From positions 1 through 55,717 of the forward strand of contig JAQBYT010000025.1 in the NCBI GenBank assembly GCA_027622665.1: a DNA stretch of 55,717 nucleotides, given 5' to 3'. This DNA is from Verrucomicrobiota bacterium. GTDB taxonomy: Bacteria; Verrucomicrobiota; Verrucomicrobiia; Opitutales; Seribacteraceae. Shown in pieces: positions 42,319 to 50,999 of this stretch (positions within the stretch are counted from its first letter, which is position 1; each line of letters starts with the position of its first letter). The position numbers and the translations under genes were made by a program. The notes under the pieces are model-generated. The model was not told where the DNA came from. It did not search any database and saw nothing but the letters and a program-made list of their open reading frames with translations.

Positions 42319-45300
42319 TCATCGAACTGTATCTTGAACCACATCTATCCACATCCCATCTGAATAGCGGAAAAGAAAGACTTTTCCAGAGGTAACACCA
42401 AGAAAATAGTGCCATCCGCCACCTTGCTGAAAGACATATGGATATAGGTCGCGAGAAGTCCAAAGCCAACCTAGGTTCTTCTGCCAGTACCAAAGTCCAC
42501 CGGACTCCTCGGGAAAGATGAACAACCACGCGTAATGTTCGTGGAAAACCCAATCCGTTTCTTCCGTCACTGCAAAATTTCCAAACCATGGACTAGCCCA
42601 CCAATTAGGGGCGTTGATGGGGTCCGACTCAGTACCGTTTGACCACATTTCAGTGTCATTGGTACTGTTCAGGTCAAACCTCTCCTGAGCACCGTATCCC
42701 GTCCCCTCTTCATGGGTCGAAAACGCTCGAGAATAATAACTCATAGAAGCCGACAAACCCGATATCTTTGCAGTGAAAGCACCCGTTCCAAAATCATCGA
42801 TGGCTGCGGTAATCGTTAATGTATTAGGAAGACCCAAAACAGGATCGGGGTCTCGGCTCACGACAAAGCCTCTTTCGGAAATGCCTGCAGTGTGACCAGC
42901 GTCTAGAAGGTCTCCAAAGAGAAGAGCTGAAGTGGTGTCCAATACGGTAACTCCATCAGTGTTCACATTCGGTAAAAAGGCATCCACGATCTCGAGGGGC
43001 AAAATCTGCTCGACAAAAGCCCCAAACTCGTCGGTTGAACGAATTCGAATGGAATAAGATGATTTCGTCTCGAAATCCAGTGCACCGTTCGAATAGAGGC
43101 TTCCATTAGCTTCCAGCTTGAAGAATCCGTTATCCGTCGAGCCCGGTCCCTCGACTAGGGAATAGGCATATGGCCTGGTCGAGTTTAGGTCGTCGGGATC
43201 CAAGGTCGACAAAACGTAAGCTAATTCGCTCGAAGTAAAACCTTCCTCTATTTGAACCACCTTCTGGGCAATTGAAGTGGGTGCGTCCTTGATTGTCAAA
43301 ACTTCCTCCACCCCTGTCCATGCCCCGTATTCATCTCCCCAACGAATTCGTATGGAATAAGATGAATTCGTCTCGAAATCCAGAGGCGAGGTCGAGCGCA
43401 AGGAACCATTGCTTTCCATGGTGAAGAACGCATTGTCCGTCGAACCCGTGCCGTCGACCAGAGAATAGGAATTGTTCGATTCACTGATATCGTAAGGCGA
43501 TAAGACGGCAACCGAGGAACCCGAGGCGAAACCATCACCCAATTGAATGATCCTTTGCTCAATTCCGATGGGGGCTTCATTGAACACTTCGACCCGACGG
43601 ACAAAGGGAATCGCATCGTTGCCGGTTGAATCCTTCGCCGAAAAGGTCAAGTCATAGATGCCGGGTACGTTGACCTCGGGCAATATGTCCACTTTTACGG
43701 CCAAGTTCCCCTCGAATGAATCGGTGGCAAGGACTCCCAAGTCCACGTAAGGTTGAAAAACTCGATGCCGAATACTCGAGTTTCCCTCGAAAGAGAGAAC
43801 GGGCGCGGTGGTGTCCCGCACTTGGACGGTTCGAATAACTTCCGTGGCAATGTTACCCGTAGCATCCGTCCGGGCGTAATTCAAAACGTAGGTGCCCAAC
43901 TTGCTCGCGTTCACCTCGCCGGTGGGGAGCACGGTACCGTTCCCATCCAGTATGTCAGACCAAACGGCCCCCGGATCGAGGTAAGTTTCGCCCGCTTCAT
44001 GCGAATAGGTAGCGTTTCCCTCTAGAGCAATCACCGGTGCGGTCGTGTCCGCAACTGTGATTTTACGCGTTTTCAAATACGCCACGTTCCCCGAGGAATC
44101 GGTGTGCGAATAGGTTATGTAGTAAACGTTTTGGCGACCCTTATTCACTCCGCCCTGCATTCCGGAGATGAGGATCGTTCCATTTCCATCGAGGTTGTCC
44201 GACCAAGTCGCGGTGGCGTCCACGTAAACGACACCCGCCTCGTGCGAGGCATTGGCATCTCCCGAGATAGTGATGACGGGGATTTCCGTGTCGACGACTG
44301 TCACCGTACGAGTCACTTGCGCGGCCACGTTGCCCGAGGTGTCGTTCAGGTCGTAACTCAAAACGTAAGTACCCAACTTGCTCCCGTTCACTTCTCCGGT
44401 GGGGATCACGGTTCCGTTTCGATCCACGATGTCGGTCCAAGTCGCATTGGCGTCAACGTACTCGGGACCTGCCTCGTAGGTCAGGTTGGCGTCACCGTTC
44501 AATATAATCACGGGTGGAGTCGTATCCACCACGGTCACCGTACGCGTCACTGAAGTGGCTGCATTGCCCGAGGTGTCGTTCAGGTCATAGGTCAAGACAT
44601 ACGTGCCCGGAACGTTCGCCAGTAAATTCCCCACGCCGTAAACAGTGACGTTGCTGTCGTTGTTGTCTACTCCAAGGGCTCCCGGATCGGAATAGGTCGC
44701 ATTTGCCTCGAAGGTCAAGTTGGCGTCTCCGTGCAAGGTGATCACGGGAGATTCGTCGTCCACGTCGGTCACGTTGATGACAAAGGCCTCTTCGTATATG
44801 GCGTTGTGGTTGTCAGTCACTCGAAGGCGAATACTCAAGGTGGCGTTCACCTCATAGTCCAGAGTTGCCGCCGTACTCAGGGTGCCGTTGGCATCGATAG
44901 TGAAAAAGGAGTGGTCAGTCGATCCGTTGCCGTCGACCAAGGAGAAAACCAAAGTGGCGTTTACGTCGTCGTCAGTGGCATTGAAGTCACCCACGATCGT
45001 GCCCACAGTCGCGTTTTCCTCGACGTACAGCGTCCCGTGGAAAATGTCTCGTGGAATGAAATTGAGCGATTTGACCAAGGTGATCAGGACTGAGCCGTTG
45101 CCATCGCTATATCCGGCCGCAGAAAATCCTTTGGAGTCCCCGTTGTAGGAACCGCCGCCTTGTCCAGCGAAGTCACTAGGATAATTAACCCCCCCATTGC
45201 CTCCGGAATAACCACCTCCGCCTCCGCCGAAACCTCCCAAATCCACCGAGACCGCTGCTCCACCTCCGCCAAAACCTCCGTCAAAATCGCTTGGTGAATC

Positions 45301-48300
45301 GGTTGGTGAAGCTCCACCCAGTCCGGAAGACGCAAAAGAACGTCCTCCAGAAAACCAATCTGAGGCACCATTTTCCAAACCGCCACCGCCGTTTCCGTTT
45401 CCTCCTCCCTTCAACTGGGACGCACCGAATATGTTCCACGGTCCGGGTAGTTCCTTTAGACTGGCATCTCCACCGGGTTGGTCACTCACCGCTCCACCGC
45501 CGCCGCCCGCAACCAACAAAGGAACATTATCGCTATAAGTAACAAAACTCCCTCCCCCCCCTCCGGAGCCGTTCCCGCCAGCATCCACACCTTCTTGTCC
45601 AACAAGAATCCTTAGTTTCATGGAAACGTTCAAATCGAAAACACCAACTGCCCGGGCGCCTTGTCCACCGGGTTGTCCACTCACCGAGCCACCTTTTGCC
45701 CCCAATACCTCGATCCTGTACAACGCCTTGTAGGGAACCGTCCACTCTTGAATGCCTTGGGTGTTCACAGTCACCGCGTCTTCAAGAGAGGTCCCTGTGT
45801 AGTTTGCGTCCACTTGTTCCTGAGTGGGTCCCGAACGTCCGGAAACTCCTGCGTTAGTGAAGTTCAGTGAGATCTCGTTCGAGTCATCCATCGCACTCTC
45901 GTTCGAGTCAGTAACCGTAACCGTAAACTCTTGGTCGGTGGACTTGTTGCCGTCACTGGCTCGCACGATCACTTCGTAGATATTGTCGAGATCTGCATCG
46001 TCGGGATGCTCGTAATCGGGATGAAGCTTGAACTGCAGCAAGCCGACGCTGGTGTTTACCTCCTCGCCCGAGTCAAGGCTTACCTCGATCGTACCCGTAG
46101 CATTGACTTCAAAAAGATCGCCATCCGCTCCACCTGAAATGGAATAGCTTATCGGATGTTCTTCGGGGTCATAGGCGGTAATCGTGGCAACTACGGAAGT
46201 GCCGTCGTTTTCGGCCTTTTCTTCCTTCACTGTGGCGTTAGCTTCGTAAGATGTAAAGGCAGGCGGATTTCCACCTTGGGTGGTTACGCCGGAAATCGTC
46301 CCGACGCCCGAGGATCGGACAACGTAGAAACCACTCCGATATACAAGATCTCCCAACCCGAGCTGCCCGTCGGCATTCCATCCGGTCGCCCAAAGGGAAT
46401 CGGTTTTAAGAATCAGGGAGTAGGACTGTCTTGCGGAAACTGCGGTCACGCTGGCACTCACGGCTTTTGTGGGATAGACGCGGTTAGTCGTGTCCCCAAA
46501 GCCCAACTGTCCCGAAACGTTTTGCCCCATCGACCACAGGGAACCACCGCTTTTTATGAAAAGACTGTGTTGGGCACCGGCTGCAATGGCAATTACTCCG
46601 AAAGGATAGACGGACGCAGGAGTAGCCCTGCTCGTCAGATTACCGTCGCCCAGCTGCCCGTAATCGTTGCGCCCGAAGGTCCAGAGCGAACCATTCCTTT
46701 TGAGGAACAAGCTATGCCCATCACCCGCAGCTACTGCGCTGACGTTGGCGTCTACTATTTTTATGGGCGAACTCCGATCAGTCGTATTTCCGTCCCCGAG
46801 CTGGCCGTAGGCATTCGAACCCATGCCCCAGAGAGAACCGTCCCCTTTCACGAACAAGGCATGGTCATGCCCCGCCGCAAAGCTAACCACGGTGTTAATG
46901 ATGTGAGTGGGCGTCAAACGTTGTGCCGTGTCACCAAGCCCGAGCTCGCCATTGTGGTTGAGCCCCATGCCATAAAGCGAGCCATTGTCCTCCAGATATA
47001 GGCTGAATCTGTTGCTTCCGCTCGCCGAAACCTCAGTCACCCCCGACGAGCGAATTTGAACCGAGGCATTCCGATCCAAAACCGTACCGTCCCCCAGTTG
47101 CCCGTTGGCGTTGTAGCCCATTCCCCACAGGGAACCGTCCGTCTTGACGAAAAGGCTGTAGTCGGCTCCTTCCGAGAACGATCTCACGGCCGAAGATTCG
47201 ATTTGCGAGGAAACGTTACGATCGGCCAAGCCCGGCAATCCCAGCTCGCCATTGTCGTTTTGCCCCATACCCCATAGGGAGCCATTTACGTCCGCGTACA
47301 GGCTGAAGCTAGATCCGTGTCCCTCCAAGACACCATGGCCGGACAAACGATAGGCGCCGGAAGCCACTACCTCGACGGACGATGTGCGATTGGCATCGTC
47401 TCCGAGCCCAAGCTGTCCATCCGAATTCAGGCCCATGGCCCGGAGGGAACCGTTCGCATCCAGATAGAAGGAATGCCCGGATCCTGCCGCCACCGCCGTC
47501 ACGTTGGCCTCGACGATCTCGACAAAACTGACGTTTCGATCCACATTCGTTCCGTCCCCCAGTTGACCGTGGGCGTTGTAACCCGCACCCCAAAGGGAAC
47601 CGTTCGCATCGAGATAGAAGGAGTGATTGGATCCTGCCGCCACCGCAGTTACGTTCGCTTCGACGACCCTGAAGCGAGTACTTCGGTCTGCGGTGTTGTC
47701 GTCTCCCAGTTGCCCGTGTGCATTGTACCCCATCGCCCATAGGGAGCCATCCCTCTTCAGGTAAAGGCTATGGCTTTCTCCCGCAGCAACTACGGACACT
47801 CCGGAAAACTCGATAGGTACCGGAGCGATCAAATTGTTGGTAAAGCCATTTCCCAGTTGACCGTTGGTGTTCAGTCCCACTGTCCAAAGCGATCCATCCG
47901 CCTTTACAAAGCAAGTGTGATGACCACCCGCGGCGATGGACACGACCCCTGCGACAACTACCCTTTGAGGGGCCGTCTGCTGCAGTCCGTTCCCATTGCC
48001 CAATTGTCCATAATCGTTTCTCCCCATGGTCCATAGCGATCCATCCCTCTTCAATAACACACTGTGGTGCATGCCTGCCGCCACCGCCGTCACGTTGGCG
48101 TCAACGATTTTCACGGATTGGTTGCGATCGATCAAGTCGCCAACTCCCAGTTGACCATATGAATTGTCGCCCATTGCCCACAAGGATCCGTCGTCCTGAA
48201 CGTAAAGAGTATGGTCCATCCCATGGGCAAAATCGACAACGCCTCCTCCCGTGGAGATTTTAAAAGGTTGGTTGCGGTCGGTGAGGCTTCCGTCGCCCAG

Positions 48301-48480
48301 TTGGCCCTTGTCATTGTCGCCCATGGCCCAAAGGGATCGATTCTCATCGACGTACAGAGAATAATTCCCCACTCCACCAAATGCCTGCAGGAAACCGAAG
48401 GCAAAAAGAGCGAGACTTAGCCCCAGTCCTCTCCGGGGAGGAATAGCGACTAATGGATCTAAATTACGGTTAGCGTACAT
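42319..48480 (-). CDS. Large modular surface protein: 14 RCC1 repeats, cadherin-like domains, ALK/LTK-type glycine-rich domain, 4 DUF5011 Ig-like domains, FN3-like domain, Trp-rich C-terminal domain
   Basis: Repeats (D/N)GSLWxMGxNxxGQLG, LDYE/LDFE cadherin motifs, DTTxPVIxLxG Ig repeats, GIQEWTVP...GGGGGSFV and terminal WWASPWFG...LGWLWT...YPYVF. Start at ATG 48480 is preferred. Confidence 0.9.
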   Translation of the reverse strand: MYANRNLDPLVAIPPRRGLGLSLALFAFGFLQAFGGVGNYSLYVDENRSLWAMGDNDKGQLGDGSLTDRNQPFKISTGGGVVDFAHGMDHTLYVQDDGSLWAMGDNSYGQLGVGDLIDRNQSVKIVDANVTAVAAGMHHSVLLKRDGSLWTMGRNDYGQLGNGNGLQQTAPQRVVVAGVVSIAAGGHHTCFVKADGSLWTVGLNTNGQLGNGFTNNLIAPVPIEFSGVSVVAAGESHSLYLKRDGSLWAMGYNAHGQLGDDNTADRSTRFRVVEANVTAVAAGSNHSFYLDANGSLWGAGYNAHGQLGDGTNVDRNVSFVEIVEANVTAVAAGSGHSFYLDANGSLRAMGLNSDGQLGLGDDANRTSSVEVVASGAYRLSGHGVLEGHGSSFSLYADVNGSLWGMGQNDNGELGLPGLADRNVSSQIESSAVRSFSEGADYSLFVKTDGSLWGMGYNANGQLGDGTVLDRNASVQIRSSGVTEVSASGSNRFSLYLEDNGSLYGMGLNHNGELGLGDTAQRLTPTHIINTVVSFAAGHDHALFVKGDGSLWGMGSNAYGQLGDGNTTDRSSPIKIVDANVSAVAAGDGHSLFLKRNGSLWTFGRNDYGQLGDGNLTSRATPASVYPFGVIAIAAGAQHSLFIKSGGSLWSMGQNVSGQLGFGDTTNRVYPTKAVSASVTAVSARQSYSLILKTDSLWATGWNADGQLGLGDLVYRSGFYVVRSSGVGTISGVTTQGGNPPAFTSYEANATVKEEKAENDGTSVVATITAYDPEEHPISYSISGGADGDLFEVNATGTIEVSLDSGEEVNTSVGLLQFKLHPDYEHPDDADLDNIYEVIVRASDGNKSTDQEFTVTVTDSNESAMDDSNEISLNFTNAGVSGRSGPTQEQVDANYTGTSLEDAVTVNTQGIQEWTVPYKALYRIEVLGAKGGSVSGQPGGQGARAVGVFDLNVSMKLRILVGQEGVDAGGNGSGGGGGSFVTYSDNVPLLVAGGGGGAVSDQPGGDASLKELPGPWNIFGASQLKGGGNGNGGGGLENGASDWFSGGRSFASSGLGGASPTDSPSDFDGGFGGGGAAVSVDLGGFGGGGGGYSGGNGGVNYPSDFAGQGGGSYNGDSKGFSAAGYSDGNGSVLITLVKSLNFIPRDIFHGTLYVEENATVGTIVGDFNATDDDVNATLVFSLVDGNGSTDHSFFTIDANGTLSTAATLDYEVNATLSIRLRVTDNHNAIYEEAFVINVTDVDDESPVITLHGDANLTFEANATYSDPGALGVDNNDSNVTVYGVGNLLANVPGTYVLTYDLNDTSGNAATSVTRTVTVVDTTPPVIILNGDANLTYEAGPEYVDANATWTDIVDRNGTVIPTGEVNGSKLGTYVLSYDLNDTSGNVAAQVTRTVTVVDTEIPVITISGDANASHEAGVVYVDATATWSDNLDGNGTILISGMQGGVNKGRQNVYYITYSHTDSSGNVAYLKTRKITVADTTAPVIALEGNATYSHEAGETYLDPGAVWSDILDGNGTVLPTGEVNASKLGTYVLNYARTDATGNIATEVIRTVQVRDTTAPVLSFEGNSSIRHRVFQPYVDLGVLATDSFEGNLAVKVDILPEVNVPGIYDLTFSAKDSTGNDAIPFVRRVEVFNEAPIGIEQRIIQLGDGFASGSSVAVLSPYDISESNNSYSLVDGTGSTDNAFFTMESNGSLRSTSPLDFETNSSYSIRIRWGDEYGAWTGVEEVLTIKDAPTSIAQKVVQIEEGFTSSELAYVLSTLDPDDLNSTRPYAYSLVEGPGSTDNGFFKLEANGSLYSNGALDFETKSSYSIRIRSTDEFGAFVEQILPLEIVDAFLPNVNTDGVTVLDTTSALLFGDLLDAGHTAGISERGFVVSRDPDPVLGLPNTLTITAAIDDFGTGAFTAKISGLSASMSYYSRAFSTHEEGTGYGAQERFDLNSTNDTEMWSNGTESDPINAPNWWASPWFGNFAVTEETDWVFHEHYAWLFIFPEESGGLWYWQKNLGWLWTSRDLYPYVFQQGGGWHYFLGVTSGKVFLFRYSDGMWIDVVQDTVR
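43038..43383. repeat. Near-identical 43-bp direct repeat between adjacent cadherin domains
   Basis: 43038-43080 and 43341-43383 differ at 2 of 43 positions, with an in-frame 303-bp offset. Confidence 0.8.
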
Positions 48481-48650
48481 CCTTATGAATAGAGCGAACC
48501 ACGAACAACGGAAAGCGGGCAAGGATCAAAAGTGGGAGTCCAGCATTAGAATTAATCGTTTAGCCGCCATTTCGTCAATGGATTTTAACGCCAATCAAGA
48601 CCGTCGCTAAATCCGTCTGAACTCAAGGATCGGCACGCAATTGGCAAGCC

Positions 48651-50999
48651 CTACCTCAACTTGCCAATTGTTATCTTGCCACCGAAGGAATCGAAACTAG
48701 GTCGATCGTGCAGGAGATTCACGCCGGACTTCACATTCTGCAGGAAGTTAACGCGCCCCAGTTGCTGGGCTGCGGGAATCGATGTGCCGAAATTCGGATA
48801 ACGACCGTCGATGGCTCCCTTGAGGCTGTTCAGGTTTACTGCGGCATTGGCGGGAAAAGTTATGTTCGAAAGTCGAATCGTCGTGGCCTCCATCACGATC
48901 TTCGGTAGCTGGGCGTTGAATCGCATGTTGTCCACGTACAATTCTTTGGCCGCCTTGATTGTCGCCAGCTGGGAGGCACTCACATCTATGTTTCTGAGAT
49001 TCACGTCCCTCATGGAATGGAGGGTCACCTCACGATTTCCTTGCAGAAACACGGGCAACTCCGCCGTCGCACCCTGCAATACAATGTCCCGCCTCACCGA
49101 AAGCACCAAGTCGTTCGTGGCCGCGTCTAGGGTCAAGTCGCTCGAACCCTCAAGCTCACCCCCGCTCATCAGCACCACCCGCTTGGCGCTCCCCGCGTCG
49201 CCCGAAAAAAGGATGTTTCCTTGCAATTGCAATTGTTCCGTGGCTCCCAAGGCAAAAGCATCCGATCCGCTTAGGGCGAGGCTGCTCAACGAGTAATTTC
49301 CGCCCGACAGGGATATCGTTCGCCCGCCAAGGAAGGAGGTTTCCCCCGCCAAGAGGGAATCCTGGACCAATGCCCCGTAGAGGGACGTCACGTCTTCGTA
49401 AAACCGATTGGCCAGGGCATCCGCTCCCGTTACGAGATTGGCTCCGTCCAAGAAACCCGTGCTCGTCACCCCACCCAGCAAACGGTTGGCGATATCTCCT
49501 TCTTTCAGCAACTCGTCGGTCAATTGTCCGTCACCCAGTTTCAGTAATTCGTCAAGCACTTCGGAATTGCCGGAGTCCCTAAGTTGGTTCGCTAGGGCGA
49601 GAAAAGGATCGGCTGTCGTGGAAACGGAAGGAGTCTGGGGAGTTACTTCCGTATTGAGGGCAAGCAGGTTCTGATCCGAGAGAAGTCCCGTCAGCCAAGA
49701 CTCCTCGTACTCCTTTGACAACAGGTTGGCCAAGCTAGAGTCATCCACCAAGGCGATCATCTTGGTCCGGGTTTCTCCCGAGTAACCGAAGAAGGTGGAG
49801 AGATTGGACTCAACAACGCCTTTGGAAGTCAAGTCGATCAATCGCTTGGCGGTTTTGTCGCCCGCCGCAACCAACGCGCTTTGCAAGGACAGCTCGAAGG
49901 AATAGAGAATCTCCGCCTGGGCATCCGTCAATCCGAGTCGAGACACTTGGTTGGACTCGGCGCTCACCTTCCCCGTCTTGCGGGATTGGGTGGCTTCGGA
50001 ATTGTTCTCAAGCACTTGGCTCGTATCTACGGCAGGGGCATTCGGAGTTGAAGCAGCAGCACTCGGTCCGGCTGAATCTCCTCCGCCAGAATCTCCGTTT
50101 CCGGTATCTTCGCTACCCCCGGTATTACTATCTCCACCCGAGTCGGAATCACCGGAACCGCCACTATCGTCACCACCATCGGAACCGCCATCATCGCCCC
50201 CGTCATCTCCGCCATCGCTATCTCCGCCGTCGCCGCCTTCACTGGTGGCCTCGGTCATGGCGTCGCTCACCGCACTCAGGGAAACGTCACCCGTGGCTGC
50301 AATGGCCGCCGTGTTGGTCGCGGTTATGTTTTGCGCTGCCACCGGGCTTATGGGACGTGGGGTGACCGCCCCTGCGGCGGAAACGTCAAGGCCTTGTCCG
50401 GCGCCCACGGGTACGGGTTGACCGCCTCCGGGGGGGGTGAACGCCACGGTGGACTCGGAAACGTCTAGTTTCACTCCCGTGCCTGGAGCTTGTGACATCT
50501 GAAACTGGGTGCCGCGTATGCCCGCAACGCCCGTGGAAGAATGAATGTTCAGCCGCGATTCGCGGTCCAGTTTCTTGGTCGACACCACGATTGAGCCCCA
50601 GTCTAGGTCGAGCTTCACGTTCGACTTGCTTGGCTCTTCCGCCAAGTCCGAAACCTTCCTGCCCGCGGCATCGAAGGGCTCCTGGGAAAATTCGCTTATC
50701 TTCAGTTTCGTTTGCGACTCCAGGGTCATCACCGTGCCATTTGAGAACAACACCACGATCTTCCCGCCGATCCCAGCTTGGGCTACGCAGCCCTCGGGGA
50801 GGGTTCCCCCTACCCCCGTCTTGGCGGCCGGCAAAACCTTACCCTGAGGATCGAGAAATTGGGTTGGACCTTCCTTGGCCGCAATGAACACCACCCCGCG
50901 GCCGGTACCTTTCTTAGGCGCCTGCCCCCAAAGCAAGGGAAGCAGGCAAAGGGAAAAGATGGCGTAGATGGAAAAGGTTTTCATTCGGGTCGTGATCAT
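48651..50999 (-). CDS. Exported FecR-domain protein with Gly/Asp/Ser linker and probable beta-helical C-terminus
   Basis: Signal peptide; FecR motifs VLFSNGTVMTL and SSTGVAGIRGTQF; GGDDGG linker; strand-rich C-terminus. The ATG overlaps the upstream stop (ATGA). Confidence 0.85.
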   Translation of the reverse strand: MITTRMKTFSIYAIFSLCLLPLLWGQAPKKGTGRGVVFIAAKEGPTQFLDPQGKVLPAAKTGVGGTLPEGCVAQAGIGGKIVVLFSNGTVMTLESQTKLKISEFSQEPFDAAGRKVSDLAEEPSKSNVKLDLDWGSIVVSTKKLDRESRLNIHSSTGVAGIRGTQFQMSQAPGTGVKLDVSESTVAFTPPGGGQPVPVGAGQGLDVSAAGAVTPRPISPVAAQNITATNTAAIAATGDVSLSAVSDAMTEATSEGGDGGDSDGGDDGGDDGGSDGGDDSGGSGDSDSGGDSNTGGSEDTGNGDSGGGDSAGPSAAASTPNAPAVDTSQVLENNSEATQSRKTGKVSAESNQVSRLGLTDAQAEILYSFELSLQSALVAAGDKTAKRLIDLTSKGVVESNLSTFFGYSGETRTKMIALVDDSSLANLLSKEYEESWLTGLLSDQNLLALNTEVTPQTPSVSTTADPFLALANQLRDSGNSEVLDELLKLGDGQLTDELLKEGDIANRLLGGVTSTGFLDGANLVTGADALANRFYEDVTSLYGALVQDSLLAGETSFLGGRTISLSGGNYSLSSLALSGSDAFALGATEQLQLQGNILFSGDAGSAKRVVLMSGGELEGSSDLTLDAATNDLVLSVRRDIVLQGATAELPVFLQGNREVTLHSMRDVNLRNIDVSASQLATIKAAKELYVDNMRFNAQLPKIVMEATTIRLSNITFPANAAVNLNSLKGAIDGRYPNFGTSIPAAQQLGRVNFLQNVKSGVNLLHDRPSFDSFGGKITIGKLR

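Noticed and set aside
50090..50240. GGDDGG low-complexity repeats in FecR-782 as a separate element
   Set aside because: They are degenerate at DNA level and best explained as a flexible protein linker.
50430..50437. G8/C8 homopolymers (also ~38561 and ~45554) as phase-variation switches
   Set aside because: They are short, in frame and explained by Pro/Gly/Trp codons, with no frameshift evidence.
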